Below are positions 55,972 to 64,000 of a DNA stretch of 64,000 nucleotides, one piece after another. A model generated the notes under the pieces. The model saw only the letters and a list, made by a program, of their open reading frames with translations, made no database searches and was not told the origin of the DNA. A program made the position numbers and the translations under genes. The DNA comes from a virus (taxonomy: Duplodnaviria; Caudoviricetes), in the IMG/VR virus record IMGVR_UViG_3300010371_000003, positions 946 through 64,945 of that record; one strand, written 5' to 3'. Positions within the stretch are counted from its first letter, which is position 1; every line of letters begins with the position of its first letter.

Positions 55972-58160
55972 TTCGACGTCACGTCCCCGACCTGTTTGTG
56001 CGCCGACAGGCGCCCGCCCAGGTTCGCCATGATCCGCGTCTTCGCGACGGCCGCGGCGAGGGACTTCGGGTCCATCGTCTTGTAGAGCCGCAGCAGGCGC
56101 TGCTCGAGGTCCTGGGGCCCGCGCGCCGCCTCGATCTCGTGCTTCACCGCGACCAGGTCGACGGCCATCGCGCGCGCGCCGAGGGTGGTGGCCGCGCGCT
56201 CGAGGCCCTCGGCATACTTCAGCGCCTTGGGGCTGGGCGTCCGCTGGGCGGCCTGGCGCGCCTCGATGGTGCGGCGGAACAGCGTGGTCAGCGCGGTGAT
56301 GGTGGCGGCGCTGCTGGCGCGAATCTTACCGGTGCCGGTCCGCCGCTGCAGCTTCGCCTTGAACGCCGCCAGGGGCACGACCGACATGCCGCCGAAGGCG
56401 CGGTCACCGTCGTTCCGGTGCGCGAGGTAGGCCGCCTGGGCGGCGTCCGGCGACGCGAAGCCAAGCATCACCTTGTCCTCGTCGAACTTCTTGAAGTCCG
56501 GCCCCTGCAGCTGGTGCACGACGTGGACGTTCGCGGCGTCCTCGACGGGCCCGAGGTAGCAGTCGAGCTCCTCATCGTCGGCGCCGACGTGGCCCTCGAT
56601 GTAGCCGTAATCGCACTGCATCTCGGTCGATCCGCTCACGCGGCCGTCGGGACCGTCGTCGCGCCAGTAGCGCGTCGATCCCTTGGGGTTCTCGATCGCG
56701 ATGGGAAGCCCCGCGAAGGTCGTCCGCCTGACCACGGCGGCCGCCATCTGGGCGGAGCGCTTGCGGCCGCCCTGCTTCGCGCCGGGCGCCTCGACGTCGT
56801 CCTCGGGGCCTCCGCTGGCGGCTCGCGCGCGGGCGGCGTCTTCTTCCGCCTGGACGGCCTGCCGGGCCGCCTGCTCCTCTGGGGTGATGGTCGGCAGGCC
56901 CGCGGCCTCGAGGACGGCGCGGTCGTCGATCGGCGCGCCCGCCGTCTTCATCTGCACCAGGCCGGTGCCCATCTTGTTCAGGGTGTCCGCCTTCGACTGC
57001 TGGTCCTCGGGCGGGTCGACCTGCCACATCGGCCGCGGCGCGACCGTCATGTCGCGGTAGTTGTGCTCGGCGTCCCAGGTCAGGCACTGCTGGTGCAGGC
57101 AGGTGCCGATCCCGGCGTCCTTCCGCAGGTAGTTCAGGGACACGGCGGTCGCGCCGTCCATCCCCAGGCTGCCCTTGCCCTCCTTGACCTCCGTCGAGAG
57201 GTTGTGGCCGAGCAGCGCGATCGCGAGGTCGTTGTTGACGTCTTCCTTCGAGGCCTTGAACCCTTGCCAGGTCTGGGCCTTGGCCTCGACGAGATCGAGG
57301 TCGAACTTGCCGACTTTTGGGTCAATGCTCTGCTCGCACATCACGGCGCTCTCGCCGTTTCGGTTGGCGACCTTCTCGAAGTACTCGTTCTTGACGTCCT
57401 CGGGTGCCTCGGCCGGAACGATGGCCTTGTCGATGGCCAGGCCGTTCTTTTCGTTCTGTCGGCTCCAGTCGCGGTCCGTCCACTGCCGCTTGGTGATCAG
57501 GCGGGCGAGGCTGCGCACCGCGCCCTTCTTGAAGGCATCGGTGTAGCCGTATGGGCACCACAGGATCCACTTGCCGTCGCTGCGCGGGTTTTCGGTGATG
57601 TCGGGCAGCGTGATCTCCCCCTGCGCCGTCATGAGGCGGTAGCGGAAGATCGACCAGTCCCAGCGCAGCCACTGCGGGTTCCAGACCTTGAGGCGCGACG
57701 TCCAGCGCAGGCGCTTCCCGTTTCGGTACTGGGTGCCCGGCGCGACGTCGACCCAGTCTTCCTCGTCGTCCGTCCGCCAGATCAGCTCCCCGATCCCGAT
57801 TCCCATCAGGATGCCCCAGCCGATGAGGTCCTCGAGGACTGGCGCCGGGAACTGGGCGTCCCAGCGGCCGGGCAGATCGTCGACGCCGCCCAGGTTGGCG
57901 GCGACGCGCTTCGAGATCGCCCGGTCATCGGCCGGCTGGACGATGCGCGGCACGGATTCGAGGGCGTCCAGCCGCTTGCGCATCACGCCGTAGAAGCGGT
58001 CGTCCCGCCACAGCTGGTCGGCCATGATGGCCGCGTCGCGGAACTGGCCGTTCTCCAGCCGGGCGACCGTCGCGGCGATCTGGCCGAAGTCGTCCCACCC
58101 CGGGTAGGTCAGGGTGGGGAGCTGGCTGACCGCCTTGGTTAGGATGATCTCGACCGGCAC
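55968..58160 (-). CDS. Portal protein (Mu gp29/DUF935-like) with inserted InPase-like domain
   Basis: G.GELIW...GAVRSL...IALLGHNLSTE; insert FAGLPIAIENPKGS...YGYI.G.VGAD...DCYLGP...FDEDKVMLGF. Confidence 0.88.
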   Translation of the reverse strand: MPVEIILTKAVSQLPTLTYPGWDDFGQIAATVARLENGQFRDAAIMADQLWRDDRFYGVMRKRLDALESVPRIVQPADDRAISKRVAANLGGVDDLPGRWDAQFPAPVLEDLIGWGILMGIGIGELIWRTDDEEDWVDVAPGTQYRNGKRLRWTSRLKVWNPQWLRWDWSIFRYRLMTAQGEITLPDITENPRSDGKWILWCPYGYTDAFKKGAVRSLARLITKRQWTDRDWSRQNEKNGLAIDKAIVPAEAPEDVKNEYFEKVANRNGESAVMCEQSIDPKVGKFDLDLVEAKAQTWQGFKASKEDVNNDLAIALLGHNLSTEVKEGKGSLGMDGATAVSLNYLRKDAGIGTCLHQQCLTWDAEHNYRDMTVAPRPMWQVDPPEDQQSKADTLNKMGTGLVQMKTAGAPIDDRAVLEAAGLPTITPEEQAARQAVQAEEDAARARAASGGPEDDVEAPGAKQGGRKRSAQMAAAVVRRTTFAGLPIAIENPKGSTRYWRDDGPDGRVSGSTEMQCDYGYIEGHVGADDEELDCYLGPVEDAANVHVVHQLQGPDFKKFDEDKVMLGFASPDAAQAAYLAHRNDGDRAFGGMSVVPLAAFKAKLQRRTGTGKIRASSAATITALTTLFRRTIEARQAAQRTPSPKALKYAEGLERAATTLGARAMAVDLVAVKHEIEAARGPQDLEQRLLRLYKTMDPKSLAAAVAKTRIMANLGGRLSAHKQVGDVTSK

Positions 58161-58195
58161 GGGTCTAGCCTCTGTCGGCCGGCGCGCCGCCTCAA

Positions 58196-59632
58196 CTACT
58201 GGCGGCGGCGCCCCCCTACCCGGCCGCCGGTCCAGCGCGGCTGGACGCCCTCGAGCAAGAGCTCCGTCAGCGCCCAGACGAGCCAGTCGACCCGGTTCGG
58301 GCTACGGCTATCGGTGAGGGGGTTCCACTGGGTCATCTCGTCCTCGAGCTTCGCGAAGGCTCCCACGTGGTGCACCTTCCGCTGCTCGTAGAGCGCTGAC
58401 ACGGGCTCGGCTCGGATGGCCTTTCCGCGGCTGGCCGTGACCGCCTTGTAGCTGATGTTCGTGTCGTCCAGCGTCTTGATGGTCGACTCGACCATCTCGC
58501 CGCCGAAGTTGGTCTCGGCGACGACTCGGTCGGCGCGGCGCTTGTGATAGAGCTTTCTGACCCGCTCAGCCCAGTCGGCCGGCTTGAGGATGTCCGACTC
58601 GTCGTCGAGCACGAAGGCGTGCAGCTCGGGCTCGTCCCACGCGTTCTCGCATTTGCACCGGCACATCGCGACGCCGGCGGCGCCGATCCCAACCTCATCG
58701 CTTTCGCGCGTCGCATCCGACGCGCCGGGCACCTTCTTTTTCGAGCCGCCGGACGGGTCAACGGCCACCACCACCCGGATCAGCTCGGCCGGCACGTTTA
58801 GGACGCGGAGGTCCTCGATCTGCTTCAGCTTCCAGAGCGCGCCGGGGTTGTCGTCGATGACGTCGCCATCGAGCTCCTGCTTGCCGAGGCGCGTCCCCTT
58901 GTACTTCCGATAGACGCGCTCCATGAACTTCGCCGACAGGTGGCGCAGGTTCTCGTTCGTCGTGCCCCGGATGACGACCGTGTCGCGCTCGGCCAGGATT
59001 TCGCGAAAGACCTTCGTCGGCCTGGGCGTCGTCGTGTAGAGCACGCGCGGGTCGCCGAGCCGGATCATCATGTCGAGCTGATCGCGGACCTCGCCCGCGT
59101 ATCGCATCGCGCAGAGCTCGTCGACCCAGGCTTTCGAGCCCTGGGGGCCGCGCAGTCGGTCCGGCTTGTCGCCCGACCGCGTGTAGGCGATCACGCCGTT
59201 CGGCCAGACCAGCCGGCGCTTCGACGGCTCGTACCGCGGGCGGAAGTCCGGCGCCGACATCGCGAGGATTCCCGACTCGGCGCCTTCGACCATGACCGAG
59301 CGGACGTCGTCGCTGGTCGGCCCGATGATGTAGATCGGGTTCGGCTCCTGGTTCTCCGCCCAGTGGCGGACTGCCTCTGCCCCGAAACGGGTCTTGCCCC
59401 AGCCGCGGCCGGCCTGGACCACGCACGACATCCAGTCGCCGGGCGGCAGCGACTGCCCCTCGCGCCGGTTCCATTCCCAGTCGTAGAGGATCCGGCCCCA
59501 ATCGGCCTCGCTGAACTCTTGGGTAAGCGCCTCTCGGGCAGCCGTCGGGTCCTTCTGGTGCTCCTCGAGGAAGAGACCAAACAGCTGCTCGAGCCGGCTC
59601 TCAGTCCTCGTCGGTTGAAGCGTCGCCAGCAT
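58196..59632 (-). CDS. terL: Terminase large subunit
   Basis: AGRGWGKT, LRGPQ, WVDE, TTTP, VAVDP, SPNRVD.LVWA. Confidence 0.95.
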   Translation of the reverse strand: MLATLQPTRTESRLEQLFGLFLEEHQKDPTAAREALTQEFSEADWGRILYDWEWNRREGQSLPPGDWMSCVVQAGRGWGKTRFGAEAVRHWAENQEPNPIYIIGPTSDDVRSVMVEGAESGILAMSAPDFRPRYEPSKRRLVWPNGVIAYTRSGDKPDRLRGPQGSKAWVDELCAMRYAGEVRDQLDMMIRLGDPRVLYTTTPRPTKVFREILAERDTVVIRGTTNENLRHLSAKFMERVYRKYKGTRLGKQELDGDVIDDNPGALWKLKQIEDLRVLNVPAELIRVVVAVDPSGGSKKKVPGASDATRESDEVGIGAAGVAMCRCKCENAWDEPELHAFVLDDESDILKPADWAERVRKLYHKRRADRVVAETNFGGEMVESTIKTLDDTNISYKAVTASRGKAIRAEPVSALYEQRKVHHVGAFAKLEDEMTQWNPLTDSRSPNRVDWLVWALTELLLEGVQPRWTGGRVGGRRRQ

Positions 59633-60077
59633 CGTCGGGCTCGGGCTCTGTCGCCTTGACCGCCACGCCCATCACACGCCGGGCCACATCGTCCAGCCTG
59701 GTGCGCACGTCGTCGTACGTGATCCGGACCGGGCCGTCGTTCTCGCCCGTGACCTGGACATGTTGGCGCGCGCGGCCCTGATACTGCTCGAGGAACAGCT
59801 TCTGCGCCTGGTCGCCGCCCTTCTTCGCCTTCTGGAAGATCGCCTCCCGCACGGCCGCGACCCGCGTCTCGCCCTTCTTTCCGTCGGGGTCGGCCTCGTC
59901 GGCCCAGGCGACGAACGCCTCACGCTGGGCGCGCCCGTTAATTCCCTTCGGATTCCGCACCTCTCCGGGCTTGATGGGCCGGAGATTCTCGATCCTGCCG
60001 CGCCGCGGCGACTCCATTTCCTCGCCATTTCCTGGCGACGGCGGCTCGGCGGGCCGCTCGTCCTGCTCATCGGACAT
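59601..60077 (-). CDS. terS: Terminase small subunit
   Basis: NLRP.KPGE..NPKG; overlaps terL start. Confidence 0.75.
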   Translation of the reverse strand: MSDEQDERPAEPPSPGNGEEMESPRRGRIENLRPIKPGEVRNPKGINGRAQREAFVAWADEADPDGKKGETRVAAVREAIFQKAKKGGDQAQKLFLEQYQGRARQHVQVTGENDGPVRITYDDVRTRLDDVARRVMGVAVKATEPEPDDAGDASTDED

Positions 60078-60084
60078 CCCGACC

Positions 60085-60115
60085 ATGGTCGCGCCGGGCG
60101 GCGCCGGCCCCAACA
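60085..60115 (-). promoter_or_regulatory. Late promoter motif copy (terS)
   Basis: TGTTGGGG-17-GACCAT-7-ATG. Confidence 0.75.
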
Positions 60116-60341
60116 TCCGGGCCCGGCGCGCACGGGGGGCATACCCTTCATCGAGTACCGGATCCGGATCTGGCCCACCGTGGTTTCGCGGCGGCTCGCG
60201 CTTCGATCACTGCCGGGTCCCGGTTGGGCAGCTGGCCCCTGTCAGCTGCCCGCGGTCTCGCCCAGCGCACAGCTCACGGGGCTGGGTCGTCGTCGCGCGG
60301 GCGGCCGGACCTGCCGGCGGTATGGGTCTGCACGGCCGACG

Positions 60342-60372
60342 AGGATCGATCCGCCGCGTCCCGGCCCCAACA
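60342..60372 (-). promoter_or_regulatory. Late promoter motif copy upstream of terS
   Basis: TGTTGGGG-17-GATCCT-8-GTG. Confidence 0.7.
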
Positions 60373-60984
60373 TCGCCGGCTCAGCTTGCGGCCGCGTTTC
60401 GTGGCGACAACAGTGTCAGCATGAAAAACAACTTCGCTTCGCGTCTCCGAAACGGCATCCGCGCCACCCACCGCCACCGGGCCCAGCAATGGGCGGCGCC
60501 GGCCGTCGAGCGCATCGAGCGGCTGCTGCGCCAGCTGGGCAAGCGGCTCGACCCGCTCGGACGCTGATCGCCACCCGCCCCAAAATGCGCCCACGCTGGC
60601 CGACGCGGCCGGCGGGGGAAGCGTCAGCGCGCGCTCGACGAACGACGCATCGCATTGCGGAATGTGCCGTTTTGGCCGCAGCTTGCGCCCATTCCAAGGG
60701 TTGGCGTTGGCTGGCGCGCGCTCCAAGACCGGGTCGGACTTGAGCGCGATATCGCGCGCGCGCCGGTACAATCGCGCGCGCGCAGTGGACACAAGACAGA
60801 CTCACAGCGCGCGCGCCTTACATAACTACTTGATTTGACCCTGGTTAATTTCACTTAACCCCGACGACTGACGGTGAACGAAAACGTCCGACGAAAAATT
60901 CCGCCGTGCTCAAAAATTGTTTCCTCCGCATCTACCGGCCGTGCTACGTTCCTGGACAGGCAAACCGAGCATAGGAGACTGGAC

Positions 60985-61728
60985 ATGGCCGACGAACTCA
61001 AGACCCCACCATACGTCTCCTGGAAGACGCTCAATTCCGTGTTCGACACGCTCGCGGAGGGGATGCCGAGCCGCATCGACCGGAGCGTCTTCAGCAACCA
61101 GTCTGGCGGCGTCCAGGCGCAGCTGATGACTGCCTTCAAGTTCCTGGAGCTTATCGAGGAAGACGGCACGCCAACGGCCCTTCTGCGAGCCGTGGCGGTG
61201 CCCGGCGAACAGCAGCGCAAAAACGCCCTGACGACCATCCTGTCCTCGGCCTACCCCGAGCTCTTCGAGGCTGACCTCAAGTCGATGACGGCCGGCCAGC
61301 TCTACGAGCTCATGGGGAAGTGCTACAGCTGCACCGGCGAAACCCGGGAGAAAGCGATCCGATTCCTTCTCGCTGCCCTGCAGTACGCGGAGATTCCGGT
61401 CAGCCGGTTGTTGTCGCAGGCACGCGCGGCGACGGGTGGGATGCCCCGGAAGGCGCGTCGTACAGGCGCGCGCTCTCGAAGCGGTGGCGATGATACGGAC
61501 GACGACGAGGATGCCGACGAGATCGAGGCCGATCAGTCCCGCTCGGCCCCCGGCCAGACGAAGACGGTGCAGCTGAAGAGCGGAGGGAGCCTCACCGTCT
61601 CAGCAACGTTCGACCCATTCGTGATGACGGCCGACGACCGGACGTTCCTGTTCGACCTGATCGACAAGCTGAATGCCTACGAACGAGCCGGCTCCAGCAA
61701 GCAGACCACCGGCGGCTCAGACGCTTGA
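60985..61728 (+). CDS. Moron, DUF5343-like protein
   Basis: PPYVSWKT...PSRIDRS...FLELIEEDGTPT...AY..LF...KAIRFL; SD TAGGAG; opposite strand. Confidence 0.75.
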   Translation: MADELKTPPYVSWKTLNSVFDTLAEGMPSRIDRSVFSNQSGGVQAQLMTAFKFLELIEEDGTPTALLRAVAVPGEQQRKNALTTILSSAYPELFEADLKSMTAGQLYELMGKCYSCTGETREKAIRFLLAALQYAEIPVSRLLSQARAATGGMPRKARRTGARSRSGGDDTDDDEDADEIEADQSRSAPGQTKTVQLKSGGSLTVSATFDPFVMTADDRTFLFDLIDKLNAYERAGSSKQTTGGSDA

Positions 61729-61748
61729 CCCATCGCAAGGAGATGACC

Positions 61749-61784
61749 ATGCGAATCAGGAGGACGCTAGCCTCCGCCGTCTAG
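61749..61784 (+). CDS. Candidate 11-aa leader peptide MRIRRTLASAV
   Basis: SD AAGGAG 6 nt upstream; stop codon lies in hairpin loop. Confidence 0.35.
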   Translation: MRIRRTLASAV

Positions 61785-62013
61785 TCCACCGACGACGGAG
61801 GCTTTGACCACAAAAGGCGCGTAATCCCGGGGCTCTTGGCGGAACTCGGGTTGCAGCCGTGGTGGACCCACATACTGTAACACTGTCACGCGGCCGGTCT
61901 ACCGGTTCGCGAGGACCTGCGACTCGTTGCACCGTCCGGGCGACGCGCTGGTTCTTGGCTACCCGGGTTCGCGCGGATGCAGCTTGAGCCGATGGCGAAC
62001 CTGGGCGCCTTTT
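61769..62013 (+). ncRNA. Candidate structured RNA with pseudoknot and UUGGCG loop, with a predicted antisense RNA
   Basis: Hairpin 61769-61803; loop GTCCACC pairs GGTGGAC 61861-61867; CTTGGCGG loop; AAAAGGCGC/GCGCCTTTT; hairpin 61962-62005. Confidence 0.55.
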
Positions 62014-62818
62014 AACCGCCGGTGGGCAACGACCGCGCCCCGTTCGCCCAGCGCCGCATCTTCCGCATCGCCGCGCCTTCGATCTGGCGCACCCACTCCT
62101 CGGTGACGTTGGTCAGCTTGCCGACTTCCTCGAGGGACAGGGCGCCGCGCTTCGCCACCACGCGGTGGGCGCAGGTCTCGGCCAGCTCCCAGACCTGCTT
62201 GTCAGGGAAGTTGAGCTTGATGACGCCCGTGACGTCATCGACGTCGAGGTACAGGTGGGCCGTGCACGACACCCACGGGCACGGCCCCGGCTCTGCGGCG
62301 CAGTCGCCCAGTTCGACGGGCCGGTACTGCAGCACCTCGTGGGCCCGCAGCCAGGCCTCGTCACGTCTCAGCTGGCGCTTTTCCAGCTTGGTCAGCGGCT
62401 TGAGGCCCAGCGACCGCGGGCGCGCGCCTGGGCGCTGCTTTCGCTGCGGGACGACGCGCAGGGCGGCGGGCCGGATTGGCGCCAGCTTGGCCGGCTTGGG
62501 CGCCTGCCGAAGGGGCACACGCTTCGGTCGCGCCGGGGGTGCCCGCCGGGGGGCGCGCCGGACCGGCGCCCGGTAGGCCAGCAGGTCCCCGCCGCCTTCC
62601 ACGGGCGTCCGGACGCGCAAGGGGTGCCGCCAGGGGCGCGCCGGGGGCGCGGCGCCCTGCTGGTCGACCTGTTTCGCGCCCGGCGGCAACCGGCGCGCCG
62701 CGCGGGCCTCCGGCGGCTCCCGCACCACCAGCCGGTTGAACAGCACCGGCCGCAGCAGCAGCTGCTCGGGCTCGCGTCTTCGGGCCACATGCGCGAGGGC
62801 CACGGCGGGGGCGGACAT
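62012..62818 (-). CDS. Sigma-70 region 4-like protein, paralogue of 7748-9547 C-terminus; candidate late activator
   Basis: GDC...PCPWVSCTAHLYLDV...KLNFP...ETC...LSLEEVGKLTNVTEEWVRQIE; SD GGAGGG. Confidence 0.8.
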   Translation of the reverse strand: MSAPAVALAHVARRREPEQLLLRPVLFNRLVVREPPEARAARRLPPGAKQVDQQGAAPPARPWRHPLRVRTPVEGGGDLLAYRAPVRRAPRRAPPARPKRVPLRQAPKPAKLAPIRPAALRVVPQRKQRPGARPRSLGLKPLTKLEKRQLRRDEAWLRAHEVLQYRPVELGDCAAEPGPCPWVSCTAHLYLDVDDVTGVIKLNFPDKQVWELAETCAHRVVAKRGALSLEEVGKLTNVTEEWVRQIEGAAMRKMRRWANGARSLPTGG

Positions 62819-63107
62819 TCGGTTCCCTCCAGGTCTCGATCAGCCGGTCAACCGACCGTTTCGCCGCGGATTTTACCAGTCCACGCGGGACGATGTCTCT
62901 AGCAAGTGTAAGCGTGGCTGCATAAATCGGCTCGTCGCAAATGGACCGGAGTTGCCCGGGGTACGCCGTCCAGCGCACCACCATGAACTTCGCCGGCGAC
63001 CTGGTGGGCGCGTGATAGATCGCCCAGAACACGCGCGCGACGGGCGCCTCGGGCGCCGGAACGGTCGGCGGGGTGGGCGCGATGTCCGCCATCAGGGCGA
63101 CGGACAC
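62361..63107 (-). CDS. Hypothetical protein (only about the first 95 aa are convincing; rest overlaps next gene)
   Basis: WAIYHAP...FMVVRW...AR..VP.GL...IETW. Confidence 0.5.
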   Translation of the reverse strand: MSVALMADIAPTPPTVPAPEAPVARVFWAIYHAPTRSPAKFMVVRWTAYPGQLRSICDEPIYAATLTLARDIVPRGLVKSAAKRSVDRLIETWREPNVRPRRGPRACGPKTRARAAAAAAGAVQPAGGAGAAGGPRGAPVAAGRETGRPAGRRAPGAPLAAPLARPDARGRRRGPAGLPGAGPARPPAGTPGATEACAPSAGAQAGQAGANPARRPARRPAAKAAPRRAPAVAGPQAADQAGKAPAET

Positions 63108-63532
63108 GGACCTCCGTCACCAAGGGCCGCGGCAAGCGCCAGCCGCTCGCGTTGAGCCCGCATCACCAGCCGGACGTACCGCTCGCTGGCCTCGCCGGCG
63201 TCCACCTGGTCGCCGCTAACGCACAGGCCGTGCTCCTCACAGACCTGAACCTCGCCGATCGCCCAGCAGCCTGGGCAACTGTCGCTGTCGCCGATCAGCT
63301 GCAACACCTGGACGCCGGCGATGGACAAGCCCCTCAGAACGTTGGCATCGCTGCAGGGCTGGCGCGCCCACCGCTCGTCGTCCGGCAGCGGGAGGATGAG
63401 CCCGTCGACGACGTTCGGCTTGAGGCGCGCTGCGCGGCGACGCTCGACCCGGGTCAGGATCGCGCCTGCCAGGCGGTCCGCGATGAGCGCCGTGATGGCT
63501 CCGCCCCAGTACATGACCGTATCGCTGGTCAC
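63092..63532 (-). CDS. Hypothetical protein
   Basis: Coupled; N-terminal hydrophobic segment. Confidence 0.55.
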   Translation of the reverse strand: MTSDTVMYWGGAITALIADRLAGAILTRVERRRAARLKPNVVDGLILPLPDDERWARQPCSDANVLRGLSIAGVQVLQLIGDSDSCPGCWAIGEVQVCEEHGLCVSGDQVDAGEASERYVRLVMRAQRERLALAAALGDGGPCPSP

Positions 63533-63831
63533 GCCTTGGCCTTCTCCGGCGCGCCCGGGAGCGGCTCGCCCATCTCGAAGTGGTCGACCAGTTGCTGCCC
63601 CTGCGGCTTGGCCAGCCAGCGGTCAGCGCCGCCATGACGCCACTCGGCCAGCACCTTCGCAAACGCGCCCAGCGCCTCGATCGGCGTCTCGCCGGTCGCC
63701 TTGAGCGGCGTGTCCATCGGGTCGCCGTAGTCCTTCGGCATGACCGCGGTGTAGGGCCCCTCGGTGTCGTCGCGCCCGTTGTCGACGATGACGGTGTAGA
63801 CGTGCTTCATGCTGGTGTCCCTTTCGCTCAA
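63529..63831 (-). CDS. Hypothetical protein
   Basis: MKHVYTVIVD...GETPIEAL; internal SD AAAGGGA suggests start at 63810. Confidence 0.6.
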   Translation of the reverse strand: MSERDTSMKHVYTVIVDNGRDDTEGPYTAVMPKDYGDPMDTPLKATGETPIEALGAFAKVLAEWRHGGADRWLAKPQGQQLVDHFEMGEPLPGAPEKAKA

Positions 63832-64000
63832 ACGCTCGGGCGGAGGCGGCGCCCGAGCTCCGCCTCCGCCCTGCTCGACTCTTGCTGGCCTTGCGAGCGG
63901 ACCAGTGCGTGCGCGTCAGTCCCGCACGCCCCTACTGCCTTCGCGTTCTGGGAACCATGGTTCACCTCCATCTTGTCGCCGGCGCCGACGGTCTCGGCCA

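Larger units (their letters stand above)
1..64000. mobile_element. Temperate myovirus genome segment (Mu-like head genes, contractile tail, tyrosine integrase), probable Myxococcota host
   Basis: Terminase, portal, capsid, sheath, tube, baseplate, endolysin, integrase and replication genes; no host housekeeping genes; attP-like site flanked by phage genes on both sides. Confidence 0.95.

Noticed and set aside
48197-58160. Transposable Mu-type phage
   Set aside because: Only head genes are Mu-like; no DDE transposase or MuB seen, and a tyrosine integrase with attP is present
63838-63871. 12-bp GC hairpin as an intrinsic terminator
   Set aside because: No adjacent U-tract on either strand and context is cut by the window edge
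1-64000. CRISPR array, cas genes, reverse transcriptase/DGR, rRNA
   Set aside because: No repeat-spacer periodicity or diagnostic motifs seen by eye; a computational scan was not possible

Overview
The whole window is one high-GC (about 70%) temperate tailed phage genome, apparently in non-integrated form. A tRNA-3'-end attP core and a tyrosine integrase lie inside it, with phage genes on both sides and no host housekeeping genes. A leftward early arm (about 19470 to 1) encodes an Arc-type switch, a RecE-like exonuclease, Sak4-like, SMC-like and HerA-like ATPases, a multi-sigma4 protein, the integrase, an HD hydrolase, a stand-alone DnaA domain IV protein, a replication initiator and ParB. 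A short rightward arm ends in an M15 endolysin. A leftward late arm (about 60400 to 22300) has terminase, Mu-like head genes without a transposase, a contractile tail, a fibre, a block of exported proteins, holin candidates and RuvC. Myxobacterial-type motifs suggest a Myxococcota host (inference). The most notable signals are: (1) a 7-copy late promoter motif, WGTTGGGS-N17/18-GA(C/T)C(A/C)T, mostly placed for leaderless translation, together with two sigma-region-4-only paralogues; (2) an 8.5 kb late cassette in which every protein, including the 1531-aa fibre, has an export signal, with a phage Skp/OmpH chaperone; (3) two structured, pseudoknotted non-coding elements; (4) a portal with an inserted pyrophosphatase-like domain. 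All family calls come from motif recognition by eye, not database searches.
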